Shown in pieces: positions 26,197 to 34,967 of a stretch of DNA of 43,298 nucleotides (positions are counted from its first letter, which is position 1; each line of letters begins with the position of its first letter). The position numbers and the translations under genes are program-made. The notes beneath the pieces were generated by a model. That model had not been told where the DNA came from and did not search any database. It saw only the letters and a program-made list of their open reading frames with translations. The DNA lies in the NCBI GenBank assembly GCA_964526905.1, contig CAZGMN010000001.1, positions 1 to 43,298 on the forward strand, read 5' to 3'. Origin of the DNA: an uncultured Eubacteriales bacterium (GTDB lineage Bacteria > Acidobacteriota > Aminicenantia > Aminicenantales > Aminicenantaceae).

Positions 26197-27427
26197 GCGA
26201 AAAAATCAAGAGCAGAATTTGTTTCATCGCCACGAATAATCCTTCTATTTCTACCTCTTCATTGAGGCTGTGTTTGTAGCGCCCATAAGTCCGACCTAAA
26301 TTCACAGAAAGAATCCCTTTTTCGATGCCAACATTGGCTTCAGTGGAGCCGAGGGGATTCACTTCAACATTTCTGACTTTAAGAAAAGTGAGGATATCGA
26401 CAACGGTCTTGACCAGGAATGACTCCCTGGCTCCAGGAATCTGATAAGCACCCGCCTCTCGATTGAGGTTCATTTCAAGCTCCACCTTAAGTTCAGAGGC
26501 AACTTGCTGACAAATCTTCCTTATCTCTGCCTGGACTCTTTCCAGCTCTCGCTGATCTGCTGAACGGAGGTCCACAGTGAAATAAGATTCCTGGGAGACA
26601 GCATTTTGAACCTTTCCGCCTCCAATTATGCCAATGTTGAGGATAGTCCATTTTTCTGGAGGTTGCGAAGGAAGCTTGATCCTCTCCATCCGCTCCAGAG
26701 CCTTGGCCACAGCCAGGTTGGGGTTGGGGACTCCCCGGCTTTGCATGGTGTGCGCTCCTGGTCCGCGAAAGGTTATCTTTCCTCCCCCAAAGCCAAGAGC
26801 GCCATAGTGAACCTCGCCCAAGTCCCCGTCCAAGGCGATGACCAAGTCAAACCTCTCCTTTGTTGCATTCAGATAAGCATGCATGCCGATAAAGCCTGCC
26901 TCCTCTCCAACAGTTGCAATGAATTGATAGCTGTTTTTTGGTTTAAATCCAGCCTGTTTCAAAGCCCGAATCGACCAGAGGAGGTTTATGAGACTGGCTG
27001 TATCATCGCCGATGCCAGGAGCTTTAAGAAGATTGCCTTCCCTTTTAACCTTAATCTCCCACACATCCTGGAAGACAGTGTCCAGATGAGCGGAGATGAT
27101 GATTTTTTTCCCTTGACCTGAACCCTTCCAGGTGCCGCAAACATTGCCTGAAAGATCCGTAGATACCTCATCCAGGCCAGCTTCTTCGAACCTGTTTTTC
27201 AGATAAGCAGCTCTCTTCTCTTCGTGACCGGAAGGCGAAGGAATTTCTGTCAGACGAATCCATTCCTCGATGACACTCTCTCGATTTTGATCGATAAAAG
27301 AAAAAACATCTTGGACGAGGCGAGAGTTCACGATCGCAGGACGAAAGAGTGATTCGTCAGCCTGAAGGCTCAGGCAGGCAGCGGCCATAAAAAAGATAAA
27401 AATAAGAGCGACAAAAATGCGCTTCAT
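26189..27427 (-). CDS. Secreted M20-family metallopeptidase
   Basis: Signal peptide MKRIFVALIFIFFMAAACLSLQA. Metal-ligand motifs SAHLDTV, GIGDDTAS and VGEEAG. Confidence 0.85.
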   Translation of the reverse strand: MKRIFVALIFIFFMAAACLSLQADESLFRPAIVNSRLVQDVFSFIDQNRESVIEEWIRLTEIPSPSGHEEKRAAYLKNRFEEAGLDEVSTDLSGNVCGTWKGSGQGKKIIISAHLDTVFQDVWEIKVKREGNLLKAPGIGDDTASLINLLWSIRALKQAGFKPKNSYQFIATVGEEAGFIGMHAYLNATKERFDLVIALDGDLGEVHYGALGFGGGKITFRGPGAHTMQSRGVPNPNLAVAKALERMERIKLPSQPPEKWTILNIGIIGGGKVQNAVSQESYFTVDLRSADQRELERVQAEIRKICQQVASELKVELEMNLNREAGAYQIPGARESFLVKTVVDILTFLKVRNVEVNPLGSTEANVGIEKGILSVNLGRTYGRYKHSLNEEVEIEGLFVAMKQILLLIFSLE

Positions 27428-28287
27428 GATTCCTCCTTTGGTCTTGACCTGTTGAGGATGACAATTTTTCCTGCAACTTCTTTGATGATTTTCACCGCCG
27501 CTGCGGCCGTGATTCCTGAAACATCCCTTTCTGGATTGAGCTCGACCACATCCAGGCCAACAATTCGAGCCTTCAACCTTTGAAGGATACTCAGCACCTG
27601 ACGGGTGGAAAGGCCTCCTGGCTCGTGGTGGGAGACGCCGGGCGCAAAGGCCGGGTCCAGCGAATCCAGGTCAAAGGAAATGTAGAGAGGATTGAAAAAT
27701 TCAAGAGAAAGGCTTTCTTTGACATCCTTCATCTCGATCATCCGGATTCCATGTTTATCAGCCTTTGCCCTGTGCCCGGCTGTGGCAGCCCTTATTCCGA
27801 CCTGAACAAGGTTCTCTGCCAGGCCTTCTTCTATTATTCGAGCAAAAGGACAGGCATGAGAGAATCGGTCGCCGTAGAGCTCTTCGTACAAATCCGGATG
27901 GGCGTCGAAATGAAGGACATCCAAGGGCTTAAATTTCCTGGCAAAGGCCCTGACCACGGGGAGAGTTATAGAGTGGTCGCCGCCCAAGACAAAAGGCACA
28001 GCCCTTTTGTCCAGTATTTCGAGAACGCTTCTTTCGATTCGAGAAAAGACCTCTTCGAAATTTCCTGTTGGATCAACATCTCCGAGGTCGACAATGACTC
28101 CATCTTCCTCCAGGTTTACGCCAAGCTCGGTCCAAGCATTGATCGCTTTCCCGGTTGAGGCAGCGCGGATGGCCTGCGGCCCTTTCGCTGCTCCTCTCAA
28201 GTAACAGGATTTTTCATCAAAGGGAATTCCAATGATGGCCATGCCATATTCCTGACTCTGCTTTATCGCCCCTCCAAAATCTGTCAT
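27424..28287 (-). CDS. Agmatinase/arginase (ureohydrolase) family protein
   Basis: ORF trimmed to MTDFGGAIK with an AAGGAGAAGG SD. Motifs GGDHSITLP, FDAHPD, SFDLDSLDP and HHEPGGLS. Overlaps the M20 gene by 4 nt. Confidence 0.88.
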   Translation of the reverse strand: MTDFGGAIKQSQEYGMAIIGIPFDEKSCYLRGAAKGPQAIRAASTGKAINAWTELGVNLEEDGVIVDLGDVDPTGNFEEVFSRIERSVLEILDKRAVPFVLGGDHSITLPVVRAFARKFKPLDVLHFDAHPDLYEELYGDRFSHACPFARIIEEGLAENLVQVGIRAATAGHRAKADKHGIRMIEMKDVKESLSLEFFNPLYISFDLDSLDPAFAPGVSHHEPGGLSTRQVLSILQRLKARIVGLDVVELNPERDVSGITAAAAVKIIKEVAGKIVILNRSRPKEES

Positions 28288-28393
28288 TGGCCTTCTCCTT
28301 AAGGAATTTAAAAATGAGTTTCTGCCGCAGCAGAAAGGCAAGAGGATTATACAGGAAAAATTATGAGGACAAAAGCGGCGCGTTTCCGAAGAT

Positions 28394-28454
28394 AGCATCC
28401 TAAATTCCGAGAGAGCCAATGATTGACAGCGGCGTGGCACGGCATGCTCCCCGC
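28394..28454 (+). repeat. Copy B of the 61-62 nt dispersed intergenic repeat
   Basis: agcatcctaaattccgagagagccaatgattgacagcggcgtggcacggcatgctccccgc has the same orientation as copy A. It lies between the divergent agmatinase and flavin reductase promoters. Confidence 0.7.
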
Positions 28455-28492
28455 AACGCCCGCAGCTGCAGGGGTTCCCCAGCCTTCCCATT

Positions 28493-28520
28493 TTGCTTTT
28501 GCTCGAAAAATGACTATAAT
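28493..28520 (+). promoter_or_regulatory. Candidate sigma-70 promoter for the flavin reductase gene (near-leaderless)
   Basis: TTGCTT-16 nt-TATAAT. The -10 ends 11 nt before the ATG at 28532, and no SD lies upstream of that ATG. Confidence 0.4.
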
Positions 28521-28531
28521 TCGAAAAATGT

Positions 28532-29104
28532 ATGGAGGATTCATTGAAAAAAGTAAGCACTCAAATCAAGAAATTCCAGCATTTTTATCCCTACACCGTG
28601 GCCATTGTTGGCGTTTCTTCAGGAAATCAAGTCAACTACATGTCCTGTGCCTGGCACACGGCCCTTTCCTTTGACCCTCCCCTTTTTGGCATCCTCATCT
28701 CCAAAAAGAGATTTACCCATCACCTCATTTCAGAGGCAAAAGAATTTACTGTGAATTTCATCGATTCCAGACGGGTGAAACTCTCGGCCCAAATGGGGAG
28801 AAGGTCGGGGCACGATATGGATAAAATGAAAGAGTTTCAGGTCAAGCTTTCACCTTCAAAAATTATCAAATCTCCTGTCCTGGAAGAGGCCTATGTTTCT
28901 TTTGAATGCAAATCGGCAGAGATCAAGCCTTACGGAGATCACGACCTCTTTGTCGGCCAGGTTCTGGCCATCCATGAAGAAGAAAAGAGCTTCAGCGAAG
29001 ATGGAGTCCTCAATACAAGAAAAATTCATCCGCTTCTCTACCTTGGAAGCGACTTCTATGTCACTATCGACCCGGACAGCCTGAAACATGTGCTTCCTGA
29101 CTAA
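28532..29104 (+). CDS. Flavin reductase-like (FMN-binding split-barrel) domain protein
   Basis: YPYTVAIVGV...NYMSCAWHTALSFDPPLFGI is typical of the flavin_reduct family. The start is ambiguous: ATG at 28532, or TTG at 28544 after GGAGGA. Confidence 0.8.
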   Translation: MEDSLKKVSTQIKKFQHFYPYTVAIVGVSSGNQVNYMSCAWHTALSFDPPLFGILISKKRFTHHLISEAKEFTVNFIDSRRVKLSAQMGRRSGHDMDKMKEFQVKLSPSKIIKSPVLEEAYVSFECKSAEIKPYGDHDLFVGQVLAIHEEEKSFSEDGVLNTRKIHPLLYLGSDFYVTIDPDSLKHVLPD

Positions 29105-29238
29105 ACTTGCAAAGAGAGAGATCTTGGCCATTGGACTTCTCTGGCGATGAAAATCGATGACAGAGATTAAGAAATCGGAACTGCAAAGAATAAAGACATC
29201 TCTCTTATTTTTTGTGATCAATGAAAAAGGAGGATGAA

Positions 29239-31602
29239 ATGAAACAATTGACAAAGAAACATCTTCTTTCCCTAATCTTTATTCCTCTGATCATTTTTGG
29301 AACCGCTCAAGCTCAAGTCAAAAAAGAAAAGCCAAAAGAATTTAAGCTGACCATCGACAGCATCATGGAGGGCTCAGAGCTTGTTGGCAATGCTCCCTCG
29401 AACATTCTCTGGTCTGTGGACGGAAAAAAGCTCTACTTCCGCTGGCAAAAACCTGGAGAAAAGAGCGCAGAGTTCTATGCACTATCAAGGACAGAGCTGA
29501 TTCCGCAGAAAGTCAGTCTTGACGAGATTCTCAAGCTTCCTCCTGCAGTTTCCTCTGCGTTCTCCCGCTTTTCAGGATTCGGCTTTTTTGGCATGGAGAT
29601 TAAGTTCGATAGAGAGCAAAAAAGAGCCCTCTTGGTCCGGGGAGGCGACATCAGCCTTCTCGATATTCCTTCAGGAAAATTGACTGAGCTCATCACCACC
29701 GACGAAAGAGAGTCAAACGCCAATTTTTCCTTTGACCAGGAAAAAATCTATTTTAGCAGTCAAGGCAATCTTTTCCTGCTTTCTCTTCAGGATCGGAGCC
29801 TGCGCCAGATGACTTCTTTCTCGAAAAAGACTCCTCCCCCGGCCAGGAAGCCTGATGAAGTCGAAAAATGGTACACTGACCAGCAGCGAGAGCTCTTTCA
29901 AGAATTCAGCAGGGCTGAACAGAGAATGGGTCAGAGACAGATGTTTCCCTTTTTTGGCAGCCAAACTCGAAGAAAGCCCTTTTTTTTGAGTGAAGACCAG
30001 GATGTTGTTTTTCTCGACCTCTCCCCGGATGAAAAATATGTCGTCTTCAGAATCTCAGAAAAGGTGCCTGAAGCCAAGACGACGATTGTCCCCAACTACG
30101 TCACCAGAACTGGATACACAGAAACGATTGAATCGCACATCAAGGCCGCCCAATCCTCTAACGAATACAAAGCCGGGATTACGTCTGTCTCGAGTGGCGA
30201 GGTGAAATGGATTGATTACAACCAAGGAGAAAGAAAAATTTTCCCTTCGGCTATTTATTGGTCTCCGGATGGAAAAAAATGTGCTGTGGATGCTCGCTCT
30301 GAAGACAGAAAAGACGAATGGCTTCTCCTTCTCGAGCCGGAGAGCGGAAAAACGACAGTCGTCGAGAATGTCCATGACGATGCCTGGGTCGGGGATCTGG
30401 GGCTGACAAATATTATCTGGGCGCCCAACAGCCAGTCCATCTACTATATCTCTGAGAAAGACGGCTTCGCCCACCTCTACCAGGCCTCGCTTGACGGAAA
30501 AGAGAAAATGAAGCTGACCGACGGCAAATTTGAAGTCTACAGCACCCAGCTCTCAAAGGACGGAAAGCAATGGTATCTCACCTCGAACGAAGAGCATCCA
30601 GGCGAGCATCACTTCTATTCCATGCCTGTGGAAGGAGGGAAAAGGACAAAAATCACTTCGATGACCGGCCATAACGAAGTCTTTCTCTCCCCTGACGAAT
30701 CTTCTCTTGCCATTCTCTACTCTTCGAGCAATAAACCTCCTGAGCTCTACCTCCAGCCAAACAAGCCCGGCGCTGAAGCTAAGCCGCTGACCATATCGAC
30801 CACAGAAGGATTCCGCTCTTATCCCTGGTATGAACCTGAGGTCATCTCCTTCATAGCCCGAGATGGCTTTGATGTCTATTGCCGGCTTTACAGGCCGACA
30901 AACTGGCATCAACAAAAACCGGCAGTTATCTTCATTCACGGAGCTGGATACCTCCAGAATGCGCATAAGGGTTGGAGCAGCACTTACTTCAGAGAATACC
31001 TTTTCCATAATTTCTTGATAAGAAATGGATACCTTGTGCTCGAGGTCGATTATAGGGGAAGCGCCGGCTACGGACGAGACTGCCGCACAGCGATTTACCG
31101 GCATATGGGAGGAAAGGACCTTGACGATATCGTCGATGCTTCGAATTTCCTGGTCAAGGAATTGAAAGTCAATCCCAAGAGAATCGGAATTTACGGCGGC
31201 AGCTATGGAGGCTTTTTGACGCTGATGGCCATGTTCAAAACTCCGGAAAAGTTTAACGCAGGAGCTGCCTTGAGGCCCGTTACTGATTGGGCCCACTACC
31301 ATCCCGGCTACACGGTGGATATTCTCAACCTGCCCCAAAAGGACATTGAAGCCTATAAACAGAGCTCTCCCATTTATTTTGCCGAAGGGCTTAAAGGCGC
31401 ATTGCTCATCTGCCATGGCATGGTCGACACCAATGTCCATTTCCAGGATACGGTCAGGCTCGTCCAGCGCTTGATAGAGCTTAGGAAGGAAAACTGGCAG
31501 GTCGCGTTCTATCCTGTGGAAAACCATTCCTTTCATAACAACTCCTCCTGGGCGGACGAATATAAAAGAATCTTCAAGCTGTTTGAAGAGAATTTGAAAT
31601 AA
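29239..31602 (+). CDS. S9-family serine peptidase (DPP IV / prolyl oligopeptidase-like) with an N-terminal beta-propeller
   Basis: The ATG at 29239 is preferred over 29221 because of an AAGGAGG SD 6 nt upstream. There is a signal peptide, the nucleophile motif GGSYGGF, and a C-terminal GMVDTNVH ... ENHSF (catalytic Asp/His). Confidence 0.9.
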   Translation: MKQLTKKHLLSLIFIPLIIFGTAQAQVKKEKPKEFKLTIDSIMEGSELVGNAPSNILWSVDGKKLYFRWQKPGEKSAEFYALSRTELIPQKVSLDEILKLPPAVSSAFSRFSGFGFFGMEIKFDREQKRALLVRGGDISLLDIPSGKLTELITTDERESNANFSFDQEKIYFSSQGNLFLLSLQDRSLRQMTSFSKKTPPPARKPDEVEKWYTDQQRELFQEFSRAEQRMGQRQMFPFFGSQTRRKPFFLSEDQDVVFLDLSPDEKYVVFRISEKVPEAKTTIVPNYVTRTGYTETIESHIKAAQSSNEYKAGITSVSSGEVKWIDYNQGERKIFPSAIYWSPDGKKCAVDARSEDRKDEWLLLLEPESGKTTVVENVHDDAWVGDLGLTNIIWAPNSQSIYYISEKDGFAHLYQASLDGKEKMKLTDGKFEVYSTQLSKDGKQWYLTSNEEHPGEHHFYSMPVEGGKRTKITSMTGHNEVFLSPDESSLAILYSSSNKPPELYLQPNKPGAEAKPLTISTTEGFRSYPWYEPEVISFIARDGFDVYCRLYRPTNWHQQKPAVIFIHGAGYLQNAHKGWSSTYFREYLFHNFLIRNGYLVLEVDYRGSAGYGRDCRTAIYRHMGGKDLDDIVDASNFLVKELKVNPKRIGIYGGSYGGFLTLMAMFKTPEKFNAGAALRPVTDWAHYHPGYTVDILNLPQKDIEAYKQSSPIYFAEGLKGALLICHGMVDTNVHFQDTVRLVQRLIELRKENWQVAFYPVENHSFHNNSSWADEYKRIFKLFEENLK

Positions 31603-31621
31603 TTGTTGTTTCCCGTATAAT
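31594..31621 (+). promoter_or_regulatory. Candidate sigma-70 promoter for the ABC-2/TPR/pilD operon (very short leader)
   Basis: TTGAAA-16 nt-TATAAT. The -10 ends 14 nt before the ATG at 31636, and there is no SD. Confidence 0.45.
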
Positions 31622-31635
31622 AAAGTCGAATTTTC

Positions 31636-32553
31636 ATGGCTATCGTCATAAAAGTTGAAGACCTCCACAAGTCGTTCAAGCTCGGCTTTATTCCCAAAAC
31701 AAAGAAAATCCTCAATGGCATCTCGCTCTCTATCGAGGAGGGAGAAATATTCGGCTACCTCGGCCCGAACGGAGCAGGCAAGACGACAACCATCAAGTGC
31801 ATCCTGGGTCTCATCCATCCTGACAAAGGAAATATAGAGATTTTCGGCCTTCCCCACCTGTCCCTTAAAGCCAAAGAAAAAACCGGATATCTTCCTGAGA
31901 ATCCTTATTTCTATGAGTATCTGACTGCCTGGGAATTTCTCAATTTTTGCAGCCAGCTCTTTCTCCTGGAAAAAAAGGAGAAAGAGGAGAGAGTGAAGGA
32001 ACTTCTTCATCTTGTCGGCCTGGAAAAAGCTTTAGACCTCCAGCTTCGAAAATTCTCTCGCGGCATGCTGCAGAGAGTCGGCCTGGCCCAAGCCCTTCTT
32101 CACAACCCCTCTCTGGTGGTCCTTGATGAGCCGCTTGGAGGCCTTGACCCTTTGGGAAGGAAAGAATTAAGGGACATCATCGTCCGGCTTAAGGAGGAAG
32201 GGAAGACCATCTTTCTCTCCTCACATATTCTCCAGGACATCGAGATAGTCTGCGACAGGGTGGCGATCATCGTCGGCGGAAAGATAATCAGCCAGGGAGC
32301 CCTTGAGGAGCTCGTTTCTGAAAAAATCTATCTTACCGAAGTCATCATCTCCGGCATCGAGGAGAAAGAGCTCAAAGGCCTGGCTGAGAGCCTCTCGGTC
32401 AAAGGGGGAAGGACGCTGCTCAAAGTTCTAAAGGAAGAAAATGTGGAGAAAATTCTGGAGCTTGTCCATTCAGAGGGAGGAAAAATCCACAGCCTTACCC
32501 CAAGGACTGAAACTCTCGAGGACATTTTTGTGGAGAAGGTCAAGCAAAAATGA
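31636..32553 (+). CDS. ABC transporter ATP-binding protein (ABC-2 exporter type)
   Basis: Walker A GPNGAGKTT, signature SRGMLQR and Walker B VVLDEPLGGLD. Confidence 0.92.
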   Translation: MAIVIKVEDLHKSFKLGFIPKTKKILNGISLSIEEGEIFGYLGPNGAGKTTTIKCILGLIHPDKGNIEIFGLPHLSLKAKEKTGYLPENPYFYEYLTAWEFLNFCSQLFLLEKKEKEERVKELLHLVGLEKALDLQLRKFSRGMLQRVGLAQALLHNPSLVVLDEPLGGLDPLGRKELRDIIVRLKEEGKTIFLSSHILQDIEIVCDRVAIIVGGKIISQGALEELVSEKIYLTEVIISGIEEKELKGLAESLSVKGGRTLLKVLKEENVEKILELVHSEGGKIHSLTPRTETLEDIFVEKVKQK

Positions 32554-33314
32554 AAATCAGGGCTATCGCTCTCAACACCTTCAAGGAAGCCATTCGTGAC
32601 CGCGTCCTCTACCTCCTCCTCTTTTTTGCCGCAGTCTGCATCATCTTTTCCCGTATCTTGGCTCTGCTCACGGTTGGCGACCGGGTGAAGATCATCAAGG
32701 ATGTCGGACTGGCCTCGCTTTCTCTTTTCGGGGCTCTGATGGCTATCTTGATGGGGGTCGGGCTCGTCTTTAAAGAAATCGACAAGAAAACAATCTACAC
32801 CCTCTTGGTTAAGCCCATCCGCCGCTACGAGTTTCTCCTGGGAAAATATTTGGGACTGGTTTTAACTCTCTTGGTCATGCTTCTGGCGATGAGCCTTATC
32901 TACCTTGCCGTCATTTTTCTCCACACCTTCAAGATTGAATGGAAGATGCTCATTGCCATCATCTTCATCTTCGAGGAACTCTGCCTCGTCACCTCTGTTG
33001 CCCTTCTTTTTTCCTGTTTCTCAACGCCGATCCTGAGCTCTATCTTCTCCCTTTCCTTCTACCTCATCGGCCATTTCTCCTGGGGGCTTGAGACTCTCAT
33101 CAAGAAGGTCAAACCCGGTGCGGGAAAAACTCTGGCTCAGCTCCTCTACCACTTTGTCCCAGACCTCGAGAATTTTAACTTTAAGATGGAGGTTGTGCAA
33201 AATCTTCCCATTCCGCCGAAAATATTTGTCTTTTCCACCCTCTACGGGATTTTCTACACAATTTTTATTTTGGCCTTGGCCCTTCTTGTTTTCAGGAAGA
33301 GAGACTTCATTTGA
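32550..33314 (+). CDS. ABC-2 family transporter permease
   Basis: 254 aa with 6 hydrophobic segments. The start overlaps the ATPase stop by 4 nt. Confidence 0.8.
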   Translation: MKIRAIALNTFKEAIRDRVLYLLLFFAAVCIIFSRILALLTVGDRVKIIKDVGLASLSLFGALMAILMGVGLVFKEIDKKTIYTLLVKPIRRYEFLLGKYLGLVLTLLVMLLAMSLIYLAVIFLHTFKIEWKMLIAIIFIFEELCLVTSVALLFSCFSTPILSSIFSLSFYLIGHFSWGLETLIKKVKPGAGKTLAQLLYHFVPDLENFNFKMEVVQNLPIPPKIFVFSTLYGIFYTIFILALALLVFRKRDFI

Positions 33315-34186
33315 TGGCTGCGAGAGAAGAATCCAGAGAAGAAAAAGACTCCAGCGTTACTTTCTTAAGCTTCCTCCTCATCCTCTGCTGTGCTGTTTTT
33401 ATGGCATTGAAGGTTGAGACCGACAATATCTTGAGAAAAAAAATTCCCGGCTCCTCCATCATCTACATTCCTTCTGGAAAATATCTTAAGTATGCAACTT
33501 TCGGCTACTCCTCTCTTCTGGCGGATATCATTTATATCTGGGCCATCCAGTATTACAGCGACTACAATATCCCTGACAGGTTCGAGCATCTTGACCATAT
33601 CTTTTCCATAATCTCCGAGCTGGACCCGCATTACCTTGACCCCTATGATGTCGGAGCCCTGATCGCTGCCTATGAAGCTAATGACCTTGACCTCGCCTTG
33701 AAGATTCTGGATAAAGGCCTTGAGAAAAATCCGGACCAGTGGTTTTTCCCTTACACAGCCGGCCATTATCTCCAGATGAAAAAAAAGGACCATAAGCTGG
33801 CTCAGGAATACTACAAGAAAGCGATGGAGATCAAAGGTGCGCCTGACATTGTCAGACGCCTTTATGCTGACTCTCTCTACAAATCCATGGACTACCAAAG
33901 CTCATTGCAGGCCTGGCTTGAAATTTACCAGACGGCAACAGAGGATAGAGTCAAGAAAATTGCCTCCAATCATCTCTATCAAGTTAAAGCTGCCATCGAT
34001 ATCCAGAACATCAAGGAAGCGGTGGAAAAATTCAAGGATAAATTTGGCCGAAACCCGATGGACTTGATGCAGCTGGTCAAAGCCGGCTTTCTCAGCTCTC
34101 TGCCCAAGGACCTGGACGGCAAAAATTACCTCTATGACTTTCAGAGCGGCGAAGTGAGGGCTCCGACAATTCCATGGAAAAGATAA
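33311..34186 (+). CDS. Membrane-anchored TPR-like repeat protein
   Basis: One N-terminal TM segment (VTFLSFLLILCCAVFMAL), then helical-repeat sequence (LALKILDKGLEKNPD, AQEYYKKAMEI). Overlaps both neighbours. Confidence 0.65.
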   Translation: MMAAREESREEKDSSVTFLSFLLILCCAVFMALKVETDNILRKKIPGSSIIYIPSGKYLKYATFGYSSLLADIIYIWAIQYYSDYNIPDRFEHLDHIFSIISELDPHYLDPYDVGALIAAYEANDLDLALKILDKGLEKNPDQWFFPYTAGHYLQMKKKDHKLAQEYYKKAMEIKGAPDIVRRLYADSLYKSMDYQSSLQAWLEIYQTATEDRVKKIASNHLYQVKAAIDIQNIKEAVEKFKDKFGRNPMDLMQLVKAGFLSSLPKDLDGKNYLYDFQSGEVRAPTIPWKR

Positions 34187-34950
34187 TCTTCATCATCCTT
34201 TTTGGCCTCATCTGGGGAAGCTTCCTCAACGTCCTGGTCTACAGGCTTCCTCTGGGATTGAGCATCGTCAAGCCTCGCTCCTTCTGCCCACATTGCAGGC
34301 AGAAGATTAAGTTCTACGACAACATTCCCCTCATTTCATTCCTGATCCTGCGCGGGAGGTGCCGCTCTTGCAGCGAAAAGATTTCCTTCACTTATCCTTT
34401 AGTCGAGCTGTTGACTCCTTTGAGCTTTGTCCTCATCTACACTCATTATTCTTTGAGCTTCTTCTTTTTTGCCTCTTGCCTTTTCTCCAGCATGTTGATC
34501 GTCCTGGCCTTCATCGATTACTATCACCAGGTCTTGCCCGACGAGATAACCTTGCCCGGGATAGCACTGGCTCTCCTCTACTCTCTCTTCCGCAAAGACA
34601 TAAATTTGAAGCAAGCCTTGGTCGGGGCAGTGGCCGGAGCCGGTTTTCTTCTTTTCATCTATGCCGCCTACTACTTCTTACGCAAGAAAGAGGGGTTGGG
34701 AATGGGAGATGTGACTTTGATGCTGATGATAGGCGCTTATCTTGGCTGGCTTCAGGCTTTTTTCACTTTGATTATTGCCTCTTTTGCCGGCGCAATTATC
34801 GGCGTTTTCTTCATCATCTTCAGAAAAAAGAGCCTCAGCTACTCTCTTCCTTTCGGAACATTTTTAGCGCCGTCAGCCTTTTTTTCCCTTCTCTGGGGAA
34901 AACAAATCATCTCGGCCTATCTCGGCCTATTCAGGGGTTTGACCGGCTGA
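34174..34950 (+). CDS. pilD: Prepilin peptidase / N-methyltransferase (A24 family)
   Basis: N-terminal GSFLNVLVYRLP with a CPHC...CRSC zinc motif, and the catalytic Asp region GMGDVTLMLMIG. Confidence 0.9.
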   Translation: MEKIIFIILFGLIWGSFLNVLVYRLPLGLSIVKPRSFCPHCRQKIKFYDNIPLISFLILRGRCRSCSEKISFTYPLVELLTPLSFVLIYTHYSLSFFFFASCLFSSMLIVLAFIDYYHQVLPDEITLPGIALALLYSLFRKDINLKQALVGAVAGAGFLLFIYAAYYFLRKKEGLGMGDVTLMLMIGAYLGWLQAFFTLIIASFAGAIIGVFFIIFRKKSLSYSLPFGTFLAPSAFFSLLWGKQIISAYLGLFRGLTG

Positions 34951-34967
34951 TAGTTTTTTCTTCGTTC

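Noticed and set aside
26067-26279. A 70-aa TTG-initiated plus-strand ORF downstream of the orphan promoter.
   Set aside because: It overlaps the M20 peptidase C-terminus antisense. Its product is Ser/Leu/Thr/Pro-rich with no domain-like features, and its AAAGG SD is weak. A non-coding transcript is the simpler reading, although translation is not excluded.
28319-28336. The hairpin UUUCUGC-UGCG-GCAGAAA plus U5 in the agmatinase leader as a transcription attenuator.
   Set aside because: It would start within a few nucleotides of the predicted transcription start (-10 at 28346-28351). It is therefore more likely a 5'-terminal stabilising stem-loop than a regulated terminator, and no alternative pairing was seen.
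9219-28454. The two direct repeats as attL/attR of a 19-kb integrated island.
   Set aside because: The enclosed region holds housekeeping and envelope genes (pgi, MFS, amidase, ABC, FadL) with no integrase, excisionase, phage or conjugation genes and no tRNA at either end. By eye I see no compositional break.
30553-32010. A 485-aa minus-strand ORF spanning the end of the S9 peptidase, the intergenic gap and the start of the ABC ATPase gene.
   Set aside because: Its codons are exactly in phase with both sense genes (all three coordinates are congruent modulo 3). It therefore stays open simply because the sense genes use no TTA, CTA or TCA codons there. The sense frames carry unambiguous motifs (GGSYGGF, GPNGAGKTT). 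The antisense product has no recognisable features and no SD. The same in-phase explanation applies to 12605-13303 (antisense to the amidase) and 6732-7478 (antisense to nrdD).
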